From positions 18,042,001 to 18,106,000 of the forward strand of contig OZ024744.1 in assembly GCA_964016885.1 (NCBI GenBank): a stretch of 64,000 nucleotides of DNA, given 5' to 3'. The position numbers were made by a program, and so were the translations under genes. The notes under the pieces are model-generated. The model had not been told where the DNA came from. It ran no database searches and worked only from the letters and a program-made list of their open reading frames with translations. Below are positions 26,001 through 41,000 of this stretch, piece by piece; position 1 is the stretch's first letter, and every line of letters begins with the position of its first letter. The stretch is from Eledone cirrhosa. Taxonomy: Eukaryota.

Positions 26001-29000
26001 ATGTATGTCTGTGTCACTGTGTATGTCAATGTGTGTTTCTGTATGTCAGTGTCACTGTGTATGTCACTGTATGTTTCTGTATGTCTGCGTCACTGTATAT
26101 GTCACTGTATGTTTGTGTATGTCTGTGTCACTGTGTGTGTTTCTGTATGTCTGTGTCACTATGTATGTCACTGTATGTTTCTGTATGTCTGTGTCACTGT
26201 GTATGTCACTGTATCTTTGTGTATGTCTGTGTCACTCTGTATGTCACTGTGTGTTTCTGTATGTCTGTGTCAATGTGTATGTCACTGTGTGTTTCTGTAT
26301 GTCTGTGTCACTGTATATGTCACTGTATGTTTGTGTATGTCTGTGTCACTGTGTATGTCACTGTGTGTTTCTGTATGTCTGTGTCACTGTGCATGTCACT
26401 GTGTGTTTCTGTATGTCTGTGTCACTGTGTATGTCATTGAGTGTTTCTGTATGTCTGTGTCACTGTGTATGTCGCTGTATGTTTGTGTTGTCTGTGTCAC
26501 TGTGTATGTCACTGGGTGGTTCTGTATGTCTGTGTCACTGTGTATGTCACTGTGCGTTTCTGTATGTATGTATGTATCACTGTGTATGTCACTGTGTGTT
26601 TCTGTATGTCTGTGTCACTGTGTAAGTCTTTGTATCTTTGTGTATATTTGTGGCACTCTGTATGTCATTGTGTGTTTCTGTATGTCTGTGTCACTGTCTA
26701 TGTCACTGTATCTTTGTGTATGTCTGTGTCACTGTGTATGTCAATGTGTGTTTCTGTATGTATGTGTCTCTGTGTATGTCACTGTATCTTTCTGTATGTA
26801 TGTGTCACTGTGTATGTCACTGTGTGTTTGTGTATGCCTGTGTCACTGTGTATGTTACCATGAGTTTCTGTAGGTCTGTGTCACTGTCTACGTCACTGTA
26901 TATTTCTGTATGTCTGTGTCAGTGTGTATGTCACTGGGTGTTTCTGTATGTCTGTGTCACACTGTATATCACTGTATCTTTGTGTAGGTCTGTGTCACCG
27001 TGTATGTCACTGTGAGTTTCTGTATGTCTGTGTCACTGTGTATGTCACAGTGTGTTTCTGTATGTATGTGTCACTGTGTATGTCACTGTATGTCTCTGTA
27101 TGTATGTGTCACTGTCTATGTCTCTGTATCTTTGTGTATGTCTATGTCACTGTGTGTTTCTGTATGTCTGTGTCTCTGTGTATGTCACTGTATCTTTGAG
27201 TATGTCTGTGTCACTATGTATGTCACTCTATATTTGTGTATGTCTGTGTCACGGTGTATATCACTGTATGTTTGTGTATGTCTGTGTCACTCTATATGTC
27301 ACTGTACGTTTGTGTATATCTGTGTGACTGTGTATGTCACTGTATGTTTCTGTATGTCGGTGTCACTGTGTATGTATCTGTGTGTTTCTGTATGTCTGTG
27401 TCACTGTGTATGTCACTGTATCTTTGTGTATGTCTGGGTCATTGTGTACGTCACTGTGTGTTTCTGTATGTCTGTGTCACTGTCTATGTCACTGTATGTT
27501 TCTGAATGTCTGTGTCACTGTGTATGTCACTGTGTGTTTCTGTATGTCTGTGTCACTGTATGTTTCTGTATGTCTGTGTCACTGTGTATGTCACTGTGTG
27601 TTTCTGTATGTCTGTGTCACCGTGTATGTCACTGTATATTTGTGTATGCCTGTGTCACTGTGTATGTCACTGTGTGATTCTGTATGTCTGTGTCACTGTG
27701 TATGTCACTGTGTGATTCTGTATGTATGTGTCACTGTGTATGTCACTGTGTGTTTCTGTATGTTTGTGTCACTGTGTATGTCACTAAATGTTTGTGTGTG
27801 TCTGTGTCTCTGTCTATGTCACTGTGTGTTTGCGTGTGTCTGTGTGACTGTGTATGTCACTGTGTGTTTCTGTATGTCTGTGTGACTGTGTATGTCACTG
27901 TTTGTTTGTGAATGTCTGTTTCACTGTGTGTGTTTCTGTATGTCTGTGTCACTCTGTATGTCATTGTATCATTGTGTATATCTGTGTCACTGTGTATGTC
28001 ACTGTATCTTTGTGTATGTCTGTGTCACTCTGTATGTCACTGTGTGTTTCTGCATGTCTGTGTCACTGTGTATGTCACTGTATTTTTCTGTATGTCTGTT
28101 TCACTGTGTATGTCACTGTGTGTATCTGTATGTCTGTGTCACTCTGTATGTCACTGTATCTTTGTGTATGTCTGTGTCACTGTGTAAGTCATTGTATCTT
28201 TGTGTATGTCTCGGACACTCTGTATGTCACTGTGTGTTTCTGTATGTATGTATCAATGTGTATGTTACTGTGTATTTCTCTATGTCTGTGTTACTGTGTA
28301 AGTCATTGTATCTTTGTGTATGTATGTGACACTCTGTATGTCAATGTGTGTTTCTGTATGTATGTGTCTCTGTGTATGTCACTGTATCTTTGTGTACGTA
28401 TTTGTCACTGTGTATGTCACTGTGTGTTTGTGTATGACTGTGTCACTATGTATGTTACTGTGAGTTTCTGTATGTCTGTGTCACGTTGTATGTCACTGTA
28501 TATTGTTGTATGTCTGTGTCAGTGTGTATGTCACTAGGTGTTTCTGTATGTCTGTGTCACACCGTATATCACTGTATCTTTGTGTAGGTCTGTGTCACCG
28601 TGTATGTCACTGTATCTTTATGTATGTCTGTGTCACTGTGTATGTCACTGTGAGTTTATGTATGTATGTGTCACTGTGTATGTCACAGTGTGTTTCTGCA
28701 TGTCTGTGTCACTGTGTATGTCACTGTATCTCTCTGTATGTCTGTGTGACTGTCTATGTCACTGTATCTTTGTGTATGTCTGCGTCACTCTGTATGTCAC
28801 TGTGTGTTTCTGTATGTCTGTGTCACCGTGTATGTCACTGTATCTTTGTGTATGCCTGTGTCACTGTGTATGTCACTGTGTGTTTCTGTATGTCTGTGTC
28901 ACTCTGTATGTCACTGTATATTTATGTATGTCTGTGTCACTGTGTATGTCACTGTATGTTTATGTATGTCTACGTCATTGTGTATGTCACTGTATGTTTC

Positions 29001-29450
29001 TGTATGTCTGTGTAACTGTGTATGTCACTGTATCTTTCTGTATGTCTGTGTCCCTGTGTATGTCACTGTATGTTTCTGTATGTCTGTGTCACTGTGTATG
29101 TCACTGTGTGTTTATGTATGTCTGTGTCACCGTGTATGTCACTGTATATTTATGTATGTCTGTGTCACTGTGTATGTCAATGTGTGTTTCTGTATGTCAG
29201 TGTCACTGTGTATGTCACTGTATGTTTCTGTATGTCTGCGTCACTGTATATGTCACTGTATGTTTGTGTATGTCTGTGTCACTGTGTGTGTTTCTGTATG
29301 TCTGTGTCACTATGTATGTCACTGTATGTTTCTGTATGTCTGTGTCACTGTGTATGTCACTGTATCTTTGTGTATGTCTGTGTCACTCTGTATGTCACTG
29401 TGTGTTTCTGTATGTCTGTGTCAATGTGTATGTCACTGTGTGTTTCTGTA
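23070..29450 (+). repeat. Tandem higher-order duplication, unit ~3.15-3.24 kb (two copies)
   Basis: ORF pairs 23204/26441, 23401/26638 and 23687/26924 have offset 3237. Pair 24113/27236 has 3123. Pairs 24741/27892, 25387/28538 and 25871/29022 have 3151. Shared rare variants: gggtggttc, ttaccatgag, tctcggacac, cactaggtg, cacaccgta. Confidence 0.9.
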
Positions 29451-32400
29451 TGTCTGTGTCACTCTGTATGTCATTGTATGTTTCTGAATGTTTGTGTCAC
29501 TGTGTATGTCACTGTGTGTTTGCGTGTGTCTGTGTCACTGTGTATGTCACTGCGTGTTTCTCTATGTCTGTGTGACTGTGTATGTCACTCTGTGGTTGTG
29601 TATGTCTGTGTCACTGTGTGTGTTTCTGTATAACTGTGTCTATGTGTATGTTACTGTATCTTTGTGTATGTCTGTGTCACTCTATATGTCACTGTATGTT
29701 TCTGTATGTCTGTGTCACTGTGTATGTCACTGTGTGTTTCTGTATGTCTGTGTCACTGTGCATGTCACTGTATCTTTGTGTATGTCTGTGTCACTGTGTA
29801 TGTCACTGTGTGTTTCTGTATGTCTGTGTCACTGTCTATGTCACTGTATGTTTCTCAATATCTGTGTCACTGTTTATGTCACTGTGTGTTTCTGTATGTC
29901 TGTGTCACGGTGTATGTCACTGTATGTTTGTGTGTGTCTGTGTCACTGTGTATGTCACTGTGTGTTTCCGTATGTCTGTGTCACCGTGTATGTCACTGTA
30001 TCTTTGTGTATGCCTGTGTCACTGTGTATGTCACTGTGTGTTTCTGTATGTCTGTGTCACTGTGTATGTCACTGTGTGTTTCTGTATGTTTGTGTCACTG
30101 TGTATGTCACTAAATGTTTGTGTGTGTCTGTGTCTCTGTCTATGTCACTGTGTGTTTGCGTGTGTCTGTGTCACTGCGTATGTCACTGTGTGTTGCTGTA
30201 TGTCTGTGTGACTGTGTATGTCACTGTGTGTTTGTGTATGTCTGTGTCACTGTATGTTTCTGTATGTCTGTTTCACTGTGTATGTCACTATGTGTTTCTG
30301 TATGTATGTGTCACCGTGTATGTCACTGTATATTTGTGTATGCCTTTGTCACTGTGTATGTCACTGTGTGTTTCTGTATGTCTGTGTCACTGTGTATGTC
30401 ACTGTGTGTTTCTGTATGTTTGTGTCACTGTGTATGTCACTAAATGTTTGTGTGTGTCTGTGTCTCTGTGTATGTCACTGTGTGTTTCTGTATGTCTGTG
30501 TTTCTGTATGTCTGTGTCAATGTGTATGTCTGTGTCAATGTGTATGTTTGTGTATGTATGTGTCACTGTATGTTTCTGTATGTCTGTTTCACTGTGTATG
30601 TCATTGTATCTTTGTGTATGTATGTGTCACTTTGTATGTCACTGTATCTTTGTGTATGTCTGTGTCACTCTGTATGTCACTGTATATTTATGTATGTCTG
30701 TGTCACTGTGTATGTCACTGTATGTTTCTGTATGCCTGTGTCACTGTGTATGTCACTGTATCTTTGTGTATGTCTGTGTCCCTGTGTATGTGACTGTATG
30801 TTTCTGTATGTCTGTGTCACTGTGTATGTCACTGTGTGTTTCTGTATGTCTGTGTCACTGTGTATGTCACTTTATCTTTGTGTATGTCTGTGTCACCGTG
30901 TATGTCACTGTATATTGTGTATGTCTGTGTCACTGTGTATGTCAATGTGTGTTTATGTATGTCAGTGTCACTGTATATGTCACTGTATGTTTGTGTATGT
31001 CTGTGTCACTGTGTATGTCACTGTGTTTTTCTGTATGTCTGTGTCACTATGTATGTCGCTGTATGTTTGTGTTGTCTGTGTCACTGTGTATGTCACTGGG
31101 TGTTTCTGTATATATGTGTCACTGTGTATGTCACTGTGTGTTTCTGTATGTATGTATCACTGTGTATGTCACTGTGTGTTCTGTATGTCTGTGTCACTGT
31201 GTAAGTCATTGTATCTTTGTGTATGTCAATGTGTGTTTCTGTATGTATGTGTCTCTGTGTATGTCACTGTATCTTTGTGTATGTATGTGTCACTGTGTAT
31301 GTCACTGTGTGTTTGTGTATACCTGTGTCAATGTGTATGTCACTGTGTGTTTCTGTATGTATGTGTCACTGTGTATGTCACTGTATGTTTCTGTATGTCT
31401 GTTTCACTGTGTATGTCGCTGTGTGTTTCTGTATGTCTGTGTCACTCTGTATGTCACTGTATGGTTCTGAATGTTTGTGTCACTGTGTATGTCACTGTGT
31501 GTTTGCGTGTGTCTGTGTCACTGTGTATGTCACTGTGTGTTTCTGTATGTCTGTGTGACTGTGTATGTCTGTGTCACTGTGTGTGTTTCTGTATGTCTGT
31601 GTCACTGTGTATGTCATTGTATCTTTGTGTATGTATGTGTCACTGTGTATGTCACTGTATCTTTGTGTATGTCCGTGTCATTGTGTATGTCACTGTGTGT
31701 TTCTGTATGTTTGTGTCACTGTGTATGTCACTGTGTGTTTCTGTATATCTGTGTCTATGTGTATGTTACTGTATCTTTGTGTATGTCACTGTGTGTTTCT
31801 GTATGTTTGTGTCACTGTGTATGTCACTAAATGTTTGTGTGTGTGTGTGTCTCTGTGTATGTCACTGTGTGTTTGCGTGTGTCTGTGTCACTGTGTATGT
31901 CACTGTGTGGTTCTGTATGTCTGTGTCACTGTGTATGTCACTGTGTGTTTCTGTATGTTTGTGTCACTGTGTATGTCACTAAATGTTTGTGTGTGCCTGT
32001 GTCTCTGTCTATGTCACTGTGTGTTTGCGTGTGACTGTGTCACTGCGTATGTCACTGTGTGTTTCTGTATGTCTGTGTGACTGTGTATGTCACTGTGTGT
32101 TTGTGTATGTCTGTGTCACTGTGTGTTTCTGTATGTATGTGTCACCGTGTATGTCACTGTATATTTGTGTATGCCTTTGTCACTGTGTATGTCACTGTGT
32201 GTTTCTGTATGTCTGTGTCACTGTGTATGTCACTGTGTGTTTCTGTATGTTTGTGTCACTGTGTATGTCACTAAATGTTTGTGTGTGTCTGTGTCTCTGT
32301 GTATGTCACTGTGTGTTTGCGTGTGTCTGTGTCACTGTGTATGTCACTGTGTGTTTCTGTATGTCTGTGTGACTGTGTATGTCACTCTGTGTTTCTGTAT

Positions 32401-35400
32401 GTCTGTGTCACTGTGTGTGTTTCTGTATGTCTGTGTCACTGTGTATGTCATTGTATTTTTGTGTATGTATGTGTCACTTTGTATGTCACTGTATCTTTGT
32501 GTATGTCTGTGTCACTGTGTATGTCACTGTATATTTATGTATGTCTGTGTCACTGTGTATGTCACTGTATGTTTCTGTATGTATGTGTCACTGTGTATGT
32601 CACTGTATGTTTCTGTATGTCTGTGTCACTGTATATGTCACTGTATCTTTGTGTATGTCTGTGTCCCTGTGTATGTCACTGTATGTTTCTGTATGTCTGT
32701 GTGACTGTGTATGTCACTCTGTGTTTGTGTATGTCTGTGTCACTGTGTGTGTTTCTGTATGCCTGTGTCACTGTGTATGTCACTGTATCTTTGTGTATGT
32801 CTGTGTCACTCTGTATGTCACTGTGTGTTTCTGTATGTCTGTGTATGTGTATGTCTGTGTCACTGTGTGTGTTTCTGTATGTCTGTGTCACTGTGTATGT
32901 CATTGTATCTTTGTGTATGTATGTGTCACTTTGTATGTCACTGTATGTTTCTGTAAGTCTGTGTCACTGTGTATGTCACTGTATGTTTCTGTATGTCTGT
33001 GTCACTGTGTATGTCACTGTATCTTTGTGTATGTCTGTGTCCCTGTGTATGTCACTGTGTGTTTCTGTATGTCTGTGTCACTCTGTATGTCACTGTATGG
33101 CTCTAAATGTTTGTGTCACTGTGTATGTCACTGTGTGTTTGCGTGTGTCTGTGTCACTGTGTATGTCACTGTGTGTTTCTGTATGTCTGTGTGACTGTGT
33201 ATGTCACTCTGTGGTTGTGTATGTCTGTGTCACTGTGTGTGTTTCTGTATGTCTGTGTCACTGTGTATGTCATTGTATCTTTGTGTATGTATGTGTCACT
33301 GTGTATGTCACTGTATCTTTGTGTATGTCCGTGTCATTGTGTATGTCACTGTGTGTTTCTGTATGTTTGTGTCACTGTGTATGTCACTGTGTGTTTCTGT
33401 ATATCTGTGTCTATGTGTATGTTACTGTATCTTTGTGTATGTCTGTGTAACTGTGTATGTCACTGTATCTTAGTGTATGTCTGTGTCACGGTGTATATCA
33501 CTGTATGTTTGTGTATGTCTGTGTGACTCTATATGTCACTGTATGTTTCTGTATGTATGTGTCACTGTGTATGTCAATGTGTGTTTCTGTATCTCTGTGT
33601 CACTGTGTATGTCACTGTATGTTTCTGTATGTCTGTGTCACTGTGTATGTCACTGTGTGTTTCTGTATGTCTGTGTCACTGTGCATGTCACTGTATCTTT
33701 GTGTATGTCTGTGTCACTGTGTATGTCACTGTGTGTTTCTGTATGTCTGTGTCACTGTCTATGTCACTGTATGTTTCTGAATGTCTGTGTCACTGTGTAT
33801 GTCACTGTATGTTTGTGTGTGTCTGTGTCACTGTGTATGTCACTGTGTGTTTCTGTATGTCTGTGTCACTGTCTATGTCACTGTATGTTTCTGAATGTCT
33901 GTGTCACTGTGTATGTCACTGTGTGTTTCTGTATGTCTGTGTCATTGTGTATGTCACTGTGTGTTTCTGTATGTTTGTGTCACTGTGTATGTCACTAAAT
34001 GTTTGTGTGAGTCTGTGTCTCTGTCTATGTCACTGTGTGTTTGCGTGTGTCTGTGTCACTGCGTATGTCACTGTGTGTTTGTGTATGTCTGTGTCACGGT
34101 ATGTTTCTGTATGTCTGTTTCACTGTGTATGTCACTGTGTGTTTCTGTATGTATGTGTCACCGTGTATGTCACTGTAAATTTGTGTATGCCTTTGTCACT
34201 GTGTATGTCACTGTGTGTTTCTGTATGTCTGTGTCACTGTGTATGTCACTGTGTGTTTCTGTATGTTTGTGTCACTGTGTATGTCACTAAATGTTTGTGT
34301 GTGTGTGTCTCTGTGTATGTCACTGTGTGTTTGCGTGTGTCTGTGTCACTGTGTATGTCACTGTGTGGTTCTGTATGTCTGTGTCACTGTGTATGTCACT
34401 GTGTGTTTCTGTATGTTTGTGTCACTGTGTATGTCACTAAATGTTTGTGTGTGCCTGTGTCTCTGTCTATGTCACTGTGTGTTTGCGTGTGTCTGTGTCA
34501 CTGCGTATGTCACTGTGTGTTTCTGTATGTCTGTGTGACTGTGTATGTCACTGTGTGTTTGTGTATGTCTGTGTCACTGTGTGTTTCTGTATGTATGTGT
34601 CACCGTGTATGTCACTGTATATTTGTGTATGCCTTTGTCACTGTGTATGTCACTGTGTGTTTCTGTATGTCTTTGTAACTGTGTATGTCACTGTGTGTTT
34701 CTGTATGTTTGTGTCACTGTCTATGTCACTAAATGTTTGTGTGTGTCTGTGTCTCTGTGTATGTCACTGTGTGTTTGCGTGTGTCTGTGTCACTGTGTAT
34801 GTCACTGTGTGTTTCTGTATGTCTGTGTGACTGTGTATGTCACTCTGTGTTTCTGTATGTCTGTGTCACTGTGTGTGTTTCTGTATGTCTGTGTCACTGT
34901 GTATGTCATTGTATCTTTGTGTATGTATGTGTCACTTTGTATGTCACTGTATCTTTGTGTATGTCTGTGTCACTGTGTATGTAACTGTATATTTATGTAT
35001 GTCTGTGTCACTGTGTATGTCACTGTATGTTTCTGTATGTCTGTGTCACTGTATATGTCACTGTATCTTTGTGTATGTCTGTGTCCCTGTGTATGTCACT
35101 GTATGTTTCTATATGTCTGTGTGACTGTGTATGTCACTCTGTGTTTGTGTATGTCTGTGTCACTGTGTATGTCACTGTGTGTTTCTGTATGTTTGTGTCA
35201 CTGTGTATGTCACTAAATGTTTGTGTGAGTCTGTGTCTCTGTCTATGTCACTGTGTGTTTGCGTGTGTCTGTGTCACTGCGTATGTCACTGTGTGTTTGT
35301 GTATGTCTGTGTCACGGTATGTTTCTGTATGTCTGTTTCACTGTGTATGTCACTGTGTGTTTCTGTATGTATGTGTCACCGTGTATGTCACTGTAAATTT

Positions 35401-38400
35401 GTGTATGCCTTTGTCACTGTGTATGTCACTGTGTGTTTCTGTATGTCTGTGTCACTGTGTATGTCACTGTGTGTTTCTGTATGTTTGTGTCACTGTGTAT
35501 GTCACTAAATGTTTGTGTGTGTGTGTGTCTCTGTGTATGTCACTGTGTGTTTGCGTGTGTCTGTGTCACTGTGTATGTCACTGTGTGGTTCTGTATGTCT
35601 GTGTCACTGTGTATGTCACTGTGTGTTTCTGTATGTTTGTGTCACTGTGTATGTCACTAAATGTTTGTGTGTGCCTGTGTCTCTGTCTATGTCACTGTGT
35701 GTTTGCGTGTGTCTGTGTCACTGCGTATGTCACTGTGTGTTTCTGTATGTCTGTGTGACTGTGTATGTCACTGTGTGTTTGTGTATGTCTGTGTCACTGT
35801 GTGTTTCTGTATGTATGTGTCACCGTGTATGTCACTGTATATTTGTGTATGCCTTTGTCACTGTGTATGTCACTGTGTGTTTCTGTATGTCTGTGTCACT
35901 GTGTATGTCACTGTGTGTTTCTGTATGTTTGTGTCACTGTCTATGTCATTAAATGTTTGTGTGTGTCTGTGTCTCTGTGTATGTCACTGTGTGTTTGCGT
36001 GTGTCTGTGTCACTGTGTATGTCACTCTGTGTTTCTGTATGTCTGTGTCACTGTGTGTGTTTCTGTATGTCTGTGTCACTGTGTATGTCATTGTATCTTT
36101 GTGTATGTATGTGTCACTTTGTATGTCACTGTATCTTTGTGTATGTCTGTGTCACTGTGTATGTAACTGTATATTTATGTATGTCTGTGTCACTGTGTAT
36201 GTCACTGTATGTTTCTGTATGTCTGTGTCACTGTGTATGTCACTGTATGTTTCTGTATGTCTGTGTCACTGTATATGTCACTGTATCTTTGTGTATGTCT
36301 GTGTCCCTGTGTATGTCACTGTATGTTTCTGTATGTCTGTGTGACTGTGTATGTCACTCTGTGTTTGTGTATGTCTGTGTCACTGTGTGTGTTTCTGTAT
36401 GCCTGTGTCACTGTGTATGTCACTGTATCTTTGTGTATTTCTGTGTCACTCTGTATGTCACTGTGTGTTTCTGTATGTCTGTGTATGTGTATGTCTGTGT
36501 CACTGTGTGTGTTTCTGTATGTCTGTGTCACTGTGTATGTCATTGTATCTTTGTGTATGTATGTGTCACTTTGTATGTCACTGTATCTTTGTGTATGTCT
36601 GTGTCACTCTGTATGTCACTGTATATTTATGTATGTCTGTGTCACTGTGTATGTCACTGTATGTTTCTGTAAGTCTGTGTCACTGTGTATGTCACTGTAT
36701 GTTTCTGTATGTCTGTGTCACTGTGTATGTCACTGTATCTTTGTGTATGTCTGTGTCCCTGTGTATGTCACTGTATGTTTCTGTATGTCTGTGTCACTGT
36801 GTATGTCACTGTGTGTTTCTGTATGTCTGTGTCACTGTGTATGTCACTTTATCTTTGTGTACGTCTGTGTCACCGTGTATGTCACTGTATATTTGTGTAT
36901 GTCTGTGTCACTGTGTATGTCAATGTGTGTTTATGTATGTCAGTGTCACTGTGTATGTGTCACCGTATGTTTCTGTATGTCTTCGTCACTGTATATGTCA
37001 CTGTATGTTTGTGTATGTCTGTGTCACTGTGTATGTCACTGTGTGTTTCTGTATGTCTGTGTCACTATGTATGTCGCTGTATGTTTGTGTTGTCTGTGTC
37101 ACTGTGTATGTCACTGGGTGTTTCTGTATATCTGTGTCACTGTGTATGTCACTGTGTGTTTCTGTATGTATGTATCACTGTGTATGTCACTGTATCTTTG
37201 TGTATGTCCGTGTCATTGTGTATGTCACTGTGTGTTTCTGTATGTTTGTGTCACTGTGTATGTCACTGTGTGTTTCTGTATATCTGTGTCTATGTGTATG
37301 TTACTGTATCTTTGTGTATGTCTGTGTAACTGTGTATGTCACTGTATCTTTGTGTATGTCTGTGTCACGGTGTATATCACTGTATGTTTGTGTATGTCTG
37401 TGTCACTCTATATGTCACTGTATGTTTCTGTATGTATGTGTCACTGTGTATATCAATGTGTGTTTCTGTATCTCTGTGTCACGGTGTATGTCACTGTATG
37501 TTTGTGTATGTCTGTGTCACTGTGTATGTCACTGTATGTTTCTGTATGTCTGTGTCACTGTGTATGTCACTGTGTGTTTCTGTATGTCTGTGTCACTGTG
37601 CATGTCACTGTATCTTTGTGTATGTCTGTGTCACTGTGTATGTCACTGTGTGTTTCTGTATGTCTGTGTCACCGTGTATGTCACTGTATCTTTGTGTATG
37701 CCTGTGTCACTGTGTATGTCACTGTGTGTTTCTGTATGTCTGTGTCACTGTGTATGTCACTGTGTGTTTCTGTATGTTTGTGTCACTGTGTATGTCACTA
37801 AATGTTTGTGTGTGTCTGTGTCTCTGTCTATGTCACTGTGTGTTTGCGTGTGTCTGTGTCACTGCGTATGTCACTGTGTGTTTCTGTATGTCTGTGTGAC
37901 TGTCTGTGTATGTCACTGTGTGTTTGTGTATGTCTGTGTCACTGTATGTTTCTGTATGTCTGTGTCACTGTGTATGTCGCTGTATGTTTGTGTTGTCTGT
38001 GTCACTGTGTATGTCACTGTGTGTTTGTGTATGTCTGTGTCACTGTATATTTATATATGTCTGTGTCACTGTGTATGTCACTGTATTTTTATGTATGTCT
38101 GCGTCACTGTGTATGTCACTGTATGTTTCTGTATGTCTGTGTAACTGTGTATGTCACTGTATCTTTGTGTATGTCTGTGTCCCTGTGTATGTCACTGTAT
38201 GTTTCTGTATGTCTGTGTCTCTGTGTATGTCACTGTGTGTTTATGTATGTCTGTGTCACCGTGTATGTCACTGTATATTTGTGTATGTCTGTGTCACTGT
38301 GTATGTCAATGTGTGTTTCTGTATGTCAGTGTCACTGTGTATGTCACTGTATGTTTCTGTATGTCTGCGTCACTGTATATGTCACTGTATGTTTGTGTAT

Positions 38401-41000
38401 GTCTGTGTCACTGTGTATGTCACTGTGTGTTTGTGTTTGTCTGTGTCACTGTGTGTGTTTCTGTATGTCTGTGTCACTGTGTATGTCACTGTATGTTTCT
38501 GTATGTCTGTGTCACTGTGTATGTCACTGTATCTTTGTGTATGTCTGTGTCACTCTGTATGTCACTGTGTGTTTTTGTATGTCTGTGTCAATGTGTATGT
38601 CACTGTGTGTTTCTGTATGTCTGTGTCACTCTGTATGTCATTGTATGTTTCTGAATGTTTGTGTCACTGTGTATGTCACTGTGTGTTTGCGTGTGTCTGT
38701 GTCACTGTGTATGTCACTGCGTGTTTCTCTATGTCTGTGTGACTGTGTATGTCACTCTGTGGTTGTGTATGTCTGTGTCACTGTGTGTTTCTGTATGTCT
38801 GTGTCACTGTGTATGTCATTGTATCTTTGTGTATGTATGTGTCACTGTGTATGTCACTGTATCTTTGTGTATGTCCGTGTCATTGTGTATGTAACTGTGT
38901 GTTTCTGTATGTTTGTGTCACTGTGTATGTCACTGTGTGTTTCTGTATAACTGTGTCTATGTGTATGTTACTGTCTCTTTGTGTATGTCTGTGTAACTGT
39001 GTATGTCACTGTATCTTTGTGTATGTCTGTGTCACTCTATATGTCACTGTATGTTTCTGTATGTCTGTGTCACTGTGTATGTCACTGTGTGTTTCTGTAT
39101 GTCTGTGTCACTGTGCATGTCACTGTATCTTTGTGTATGTCTGTGTCACTGTGTATGTCACTGTGTGTTTCTGTATGTCTGTGTCACTGTCTATGTCACT
39201 GTATGTTTCTGAATATCTGTGTCACTGTGTATGTCACTGTGTGTTTCTGTATGTCTGTGTCACGGTGTATGTCACTGTATGTTTGTGTATGTCTGTGTCA
39301 CTGTGTATGTCAATGTGTGTTTCCGTATGTCTGTGTCACCGTGTATGTCACTGTATCTTTGTGTATGCCTGTGTCACTGTGTATGTCACTGTGTGTTTCT
39401 GTATGTCTGTGTCACTGTGTATGTCACTGTGTGTTTCTGTATGTTTGTGTCACTGCGTATGTCACTAAATGTTTGTGTGTGTCTGTGTCTCTGTCTATGT
39501 CACTGTGTGTTTGCGTGTGTCTGTGTCACTGCGTATGTCACTGTGTGTTTCTGTATGTCTGTCTGACTGTGTATGTCACTGTGTGTTTGTGTATGTCTGT
39601 GTCACTGTATGTTTCTGTATGTCTGTTTCACTGTGTATGTCACTGTGTGTTTCTGTATGTATGTGTCACCGTGTATGTCACTGTATATTTGTGTATGCCT
39701 TTGTCACTGTGTATGTCACTGTGTGTTTCTGTATGTCTGTGTCACTGTGTATGTCACTGTGTGTTTCTGTATGTTTGTGTCACTGTGTATGTCACTAAAT
39801 GTTTGTGTGTGTCTGTGTCTCTGTGTATGTCACTGTGTATTTCTGTATGTCTGTGTTTCTGTATGTCTGTGTCAATGTGTATGTCTGTGTCAATGTGTAT
39901 GTTTGTGTATGTATGTGTCACTGTGTATGTCATTGTATCTTTGTGTCTGTATGTGTCACTTTGTATGTCACTGTATCTTTGTGTATGTCTGTGTCACTCT
40001 GTATGTCACTGTATATTTATGTATGTCTGTGTCACTGTGTATGTCACTGTATGTTTCTGTATGTCTGTGTCACTGTGTATGTCACTGTATCTTTGTGTAT
40101 GTCTGTGTCCCTGTGTATGTGACTGTATGTTTCTGTATGTCTGTGTCACTGTGTATGTCACTGTGTGTTTCTGTATGTCTGTGTCACTGTGTATGTCACT
40201 TTATCTTTGTGTATGTCTGTGTCACCGTGTATGTCACTGTATATTTGTGTATGTCTGTGTCACTGTGTATGTCAATGTGTGTTTATGTATGTCAGTGTCA
40301 CTGTGTATGTCACTGTATGTTTCTGTATGTCTGCGTCACTGTATATGTCACTGTATGTTTGTGTATGTCTGTGTCACTGTGTATGTCACTGTGTGTTTCT
40401 GTATGTCTGTGTCACTATGTATGTCGCTGTATGTTTGTGTTGTCTGTGTCACTGTGTATGTCACTGGGTGTTTCTGTATATCTGTGTCACTGTGTATGTC
40501 ACTGTGTGTTTCTGTATGTATGTATCACTGTGTATGTCACTGTGTGTTTCTGTATGTCTGTGTCACTGTGTAAGTCATTGTATCTTTGTGTATGTCAATG
40601 TGTGTTTCTGTATGTATGTGTCTCTGTGTATGTCATTGTATCTTTGTGTATGTATGTGTCACTGTGTATGTCACTGTGTGTTTGTGTATACCTGTGTCAA
40701 TGTGTATGTCACTGTGTGTTTCTGTATGTATGTGTCACTGTGTATGTCACTGTATGTTTCTGTATGTCTGTTTCACTGTGTATGTCACTGTGTGTTTCTG
40801 TATGTCTGTGTCACTCTGTATGTCACTGTATGGTTCTGAATGTTTGTGTCACTGTGTATGTCACTGTGTGTTTGCGTGTGTCTGTGTCACTGTGTATGTC
40901 ACTGTGTGTTTCTGTATGTCTGTGTGACTGTGTATGTCACTCTGTGGTTGTGTATGTCTGTGTCACTGTGTGTGTTTCTGTATGTCTGTGTCACTGTGTA
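28900..41000 (+). repeat. Dispersed block duplication: ~28900-31600 repeated at ~38050-41000 (offset ~9.1-9.4 kb)
   Basis: ORF pairs 29022/38151, 29488/38655, 30114/39469, 30444/39799 and 31217/40586. Shared rare variants: ctgtataactg, tttccgtatg, gtcaatgtgtatgtctgtgtcaatg, atggttctgaat. Confidence 0.8.
33950..36400 (+). repeat. Tandem duplication, ~1218-1220 bp unit; its distal part is also shared with ~31800-32950
   Basis: tgtgagtctg at ~34006 and ~35224. ORF pairs 34215/35433 (1218) and 34441/35661, 34733/35953 (1220). The minus-strand ORFs 32676-32903 and 36316-36543 are nearly identical (offset 3640). Confidence 0.85.

Noticed and set aside
10580-36543. Three short minus-strand ORFs (10580-10792, 32676-32903, 36316-36543; His/Thr/Asp-rich)
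   Set aside because: The minus strand carries TGA twice per monomer. These ORFs are chance gaps caused by variant monomers, and two of them are copies of the same duplicated block.
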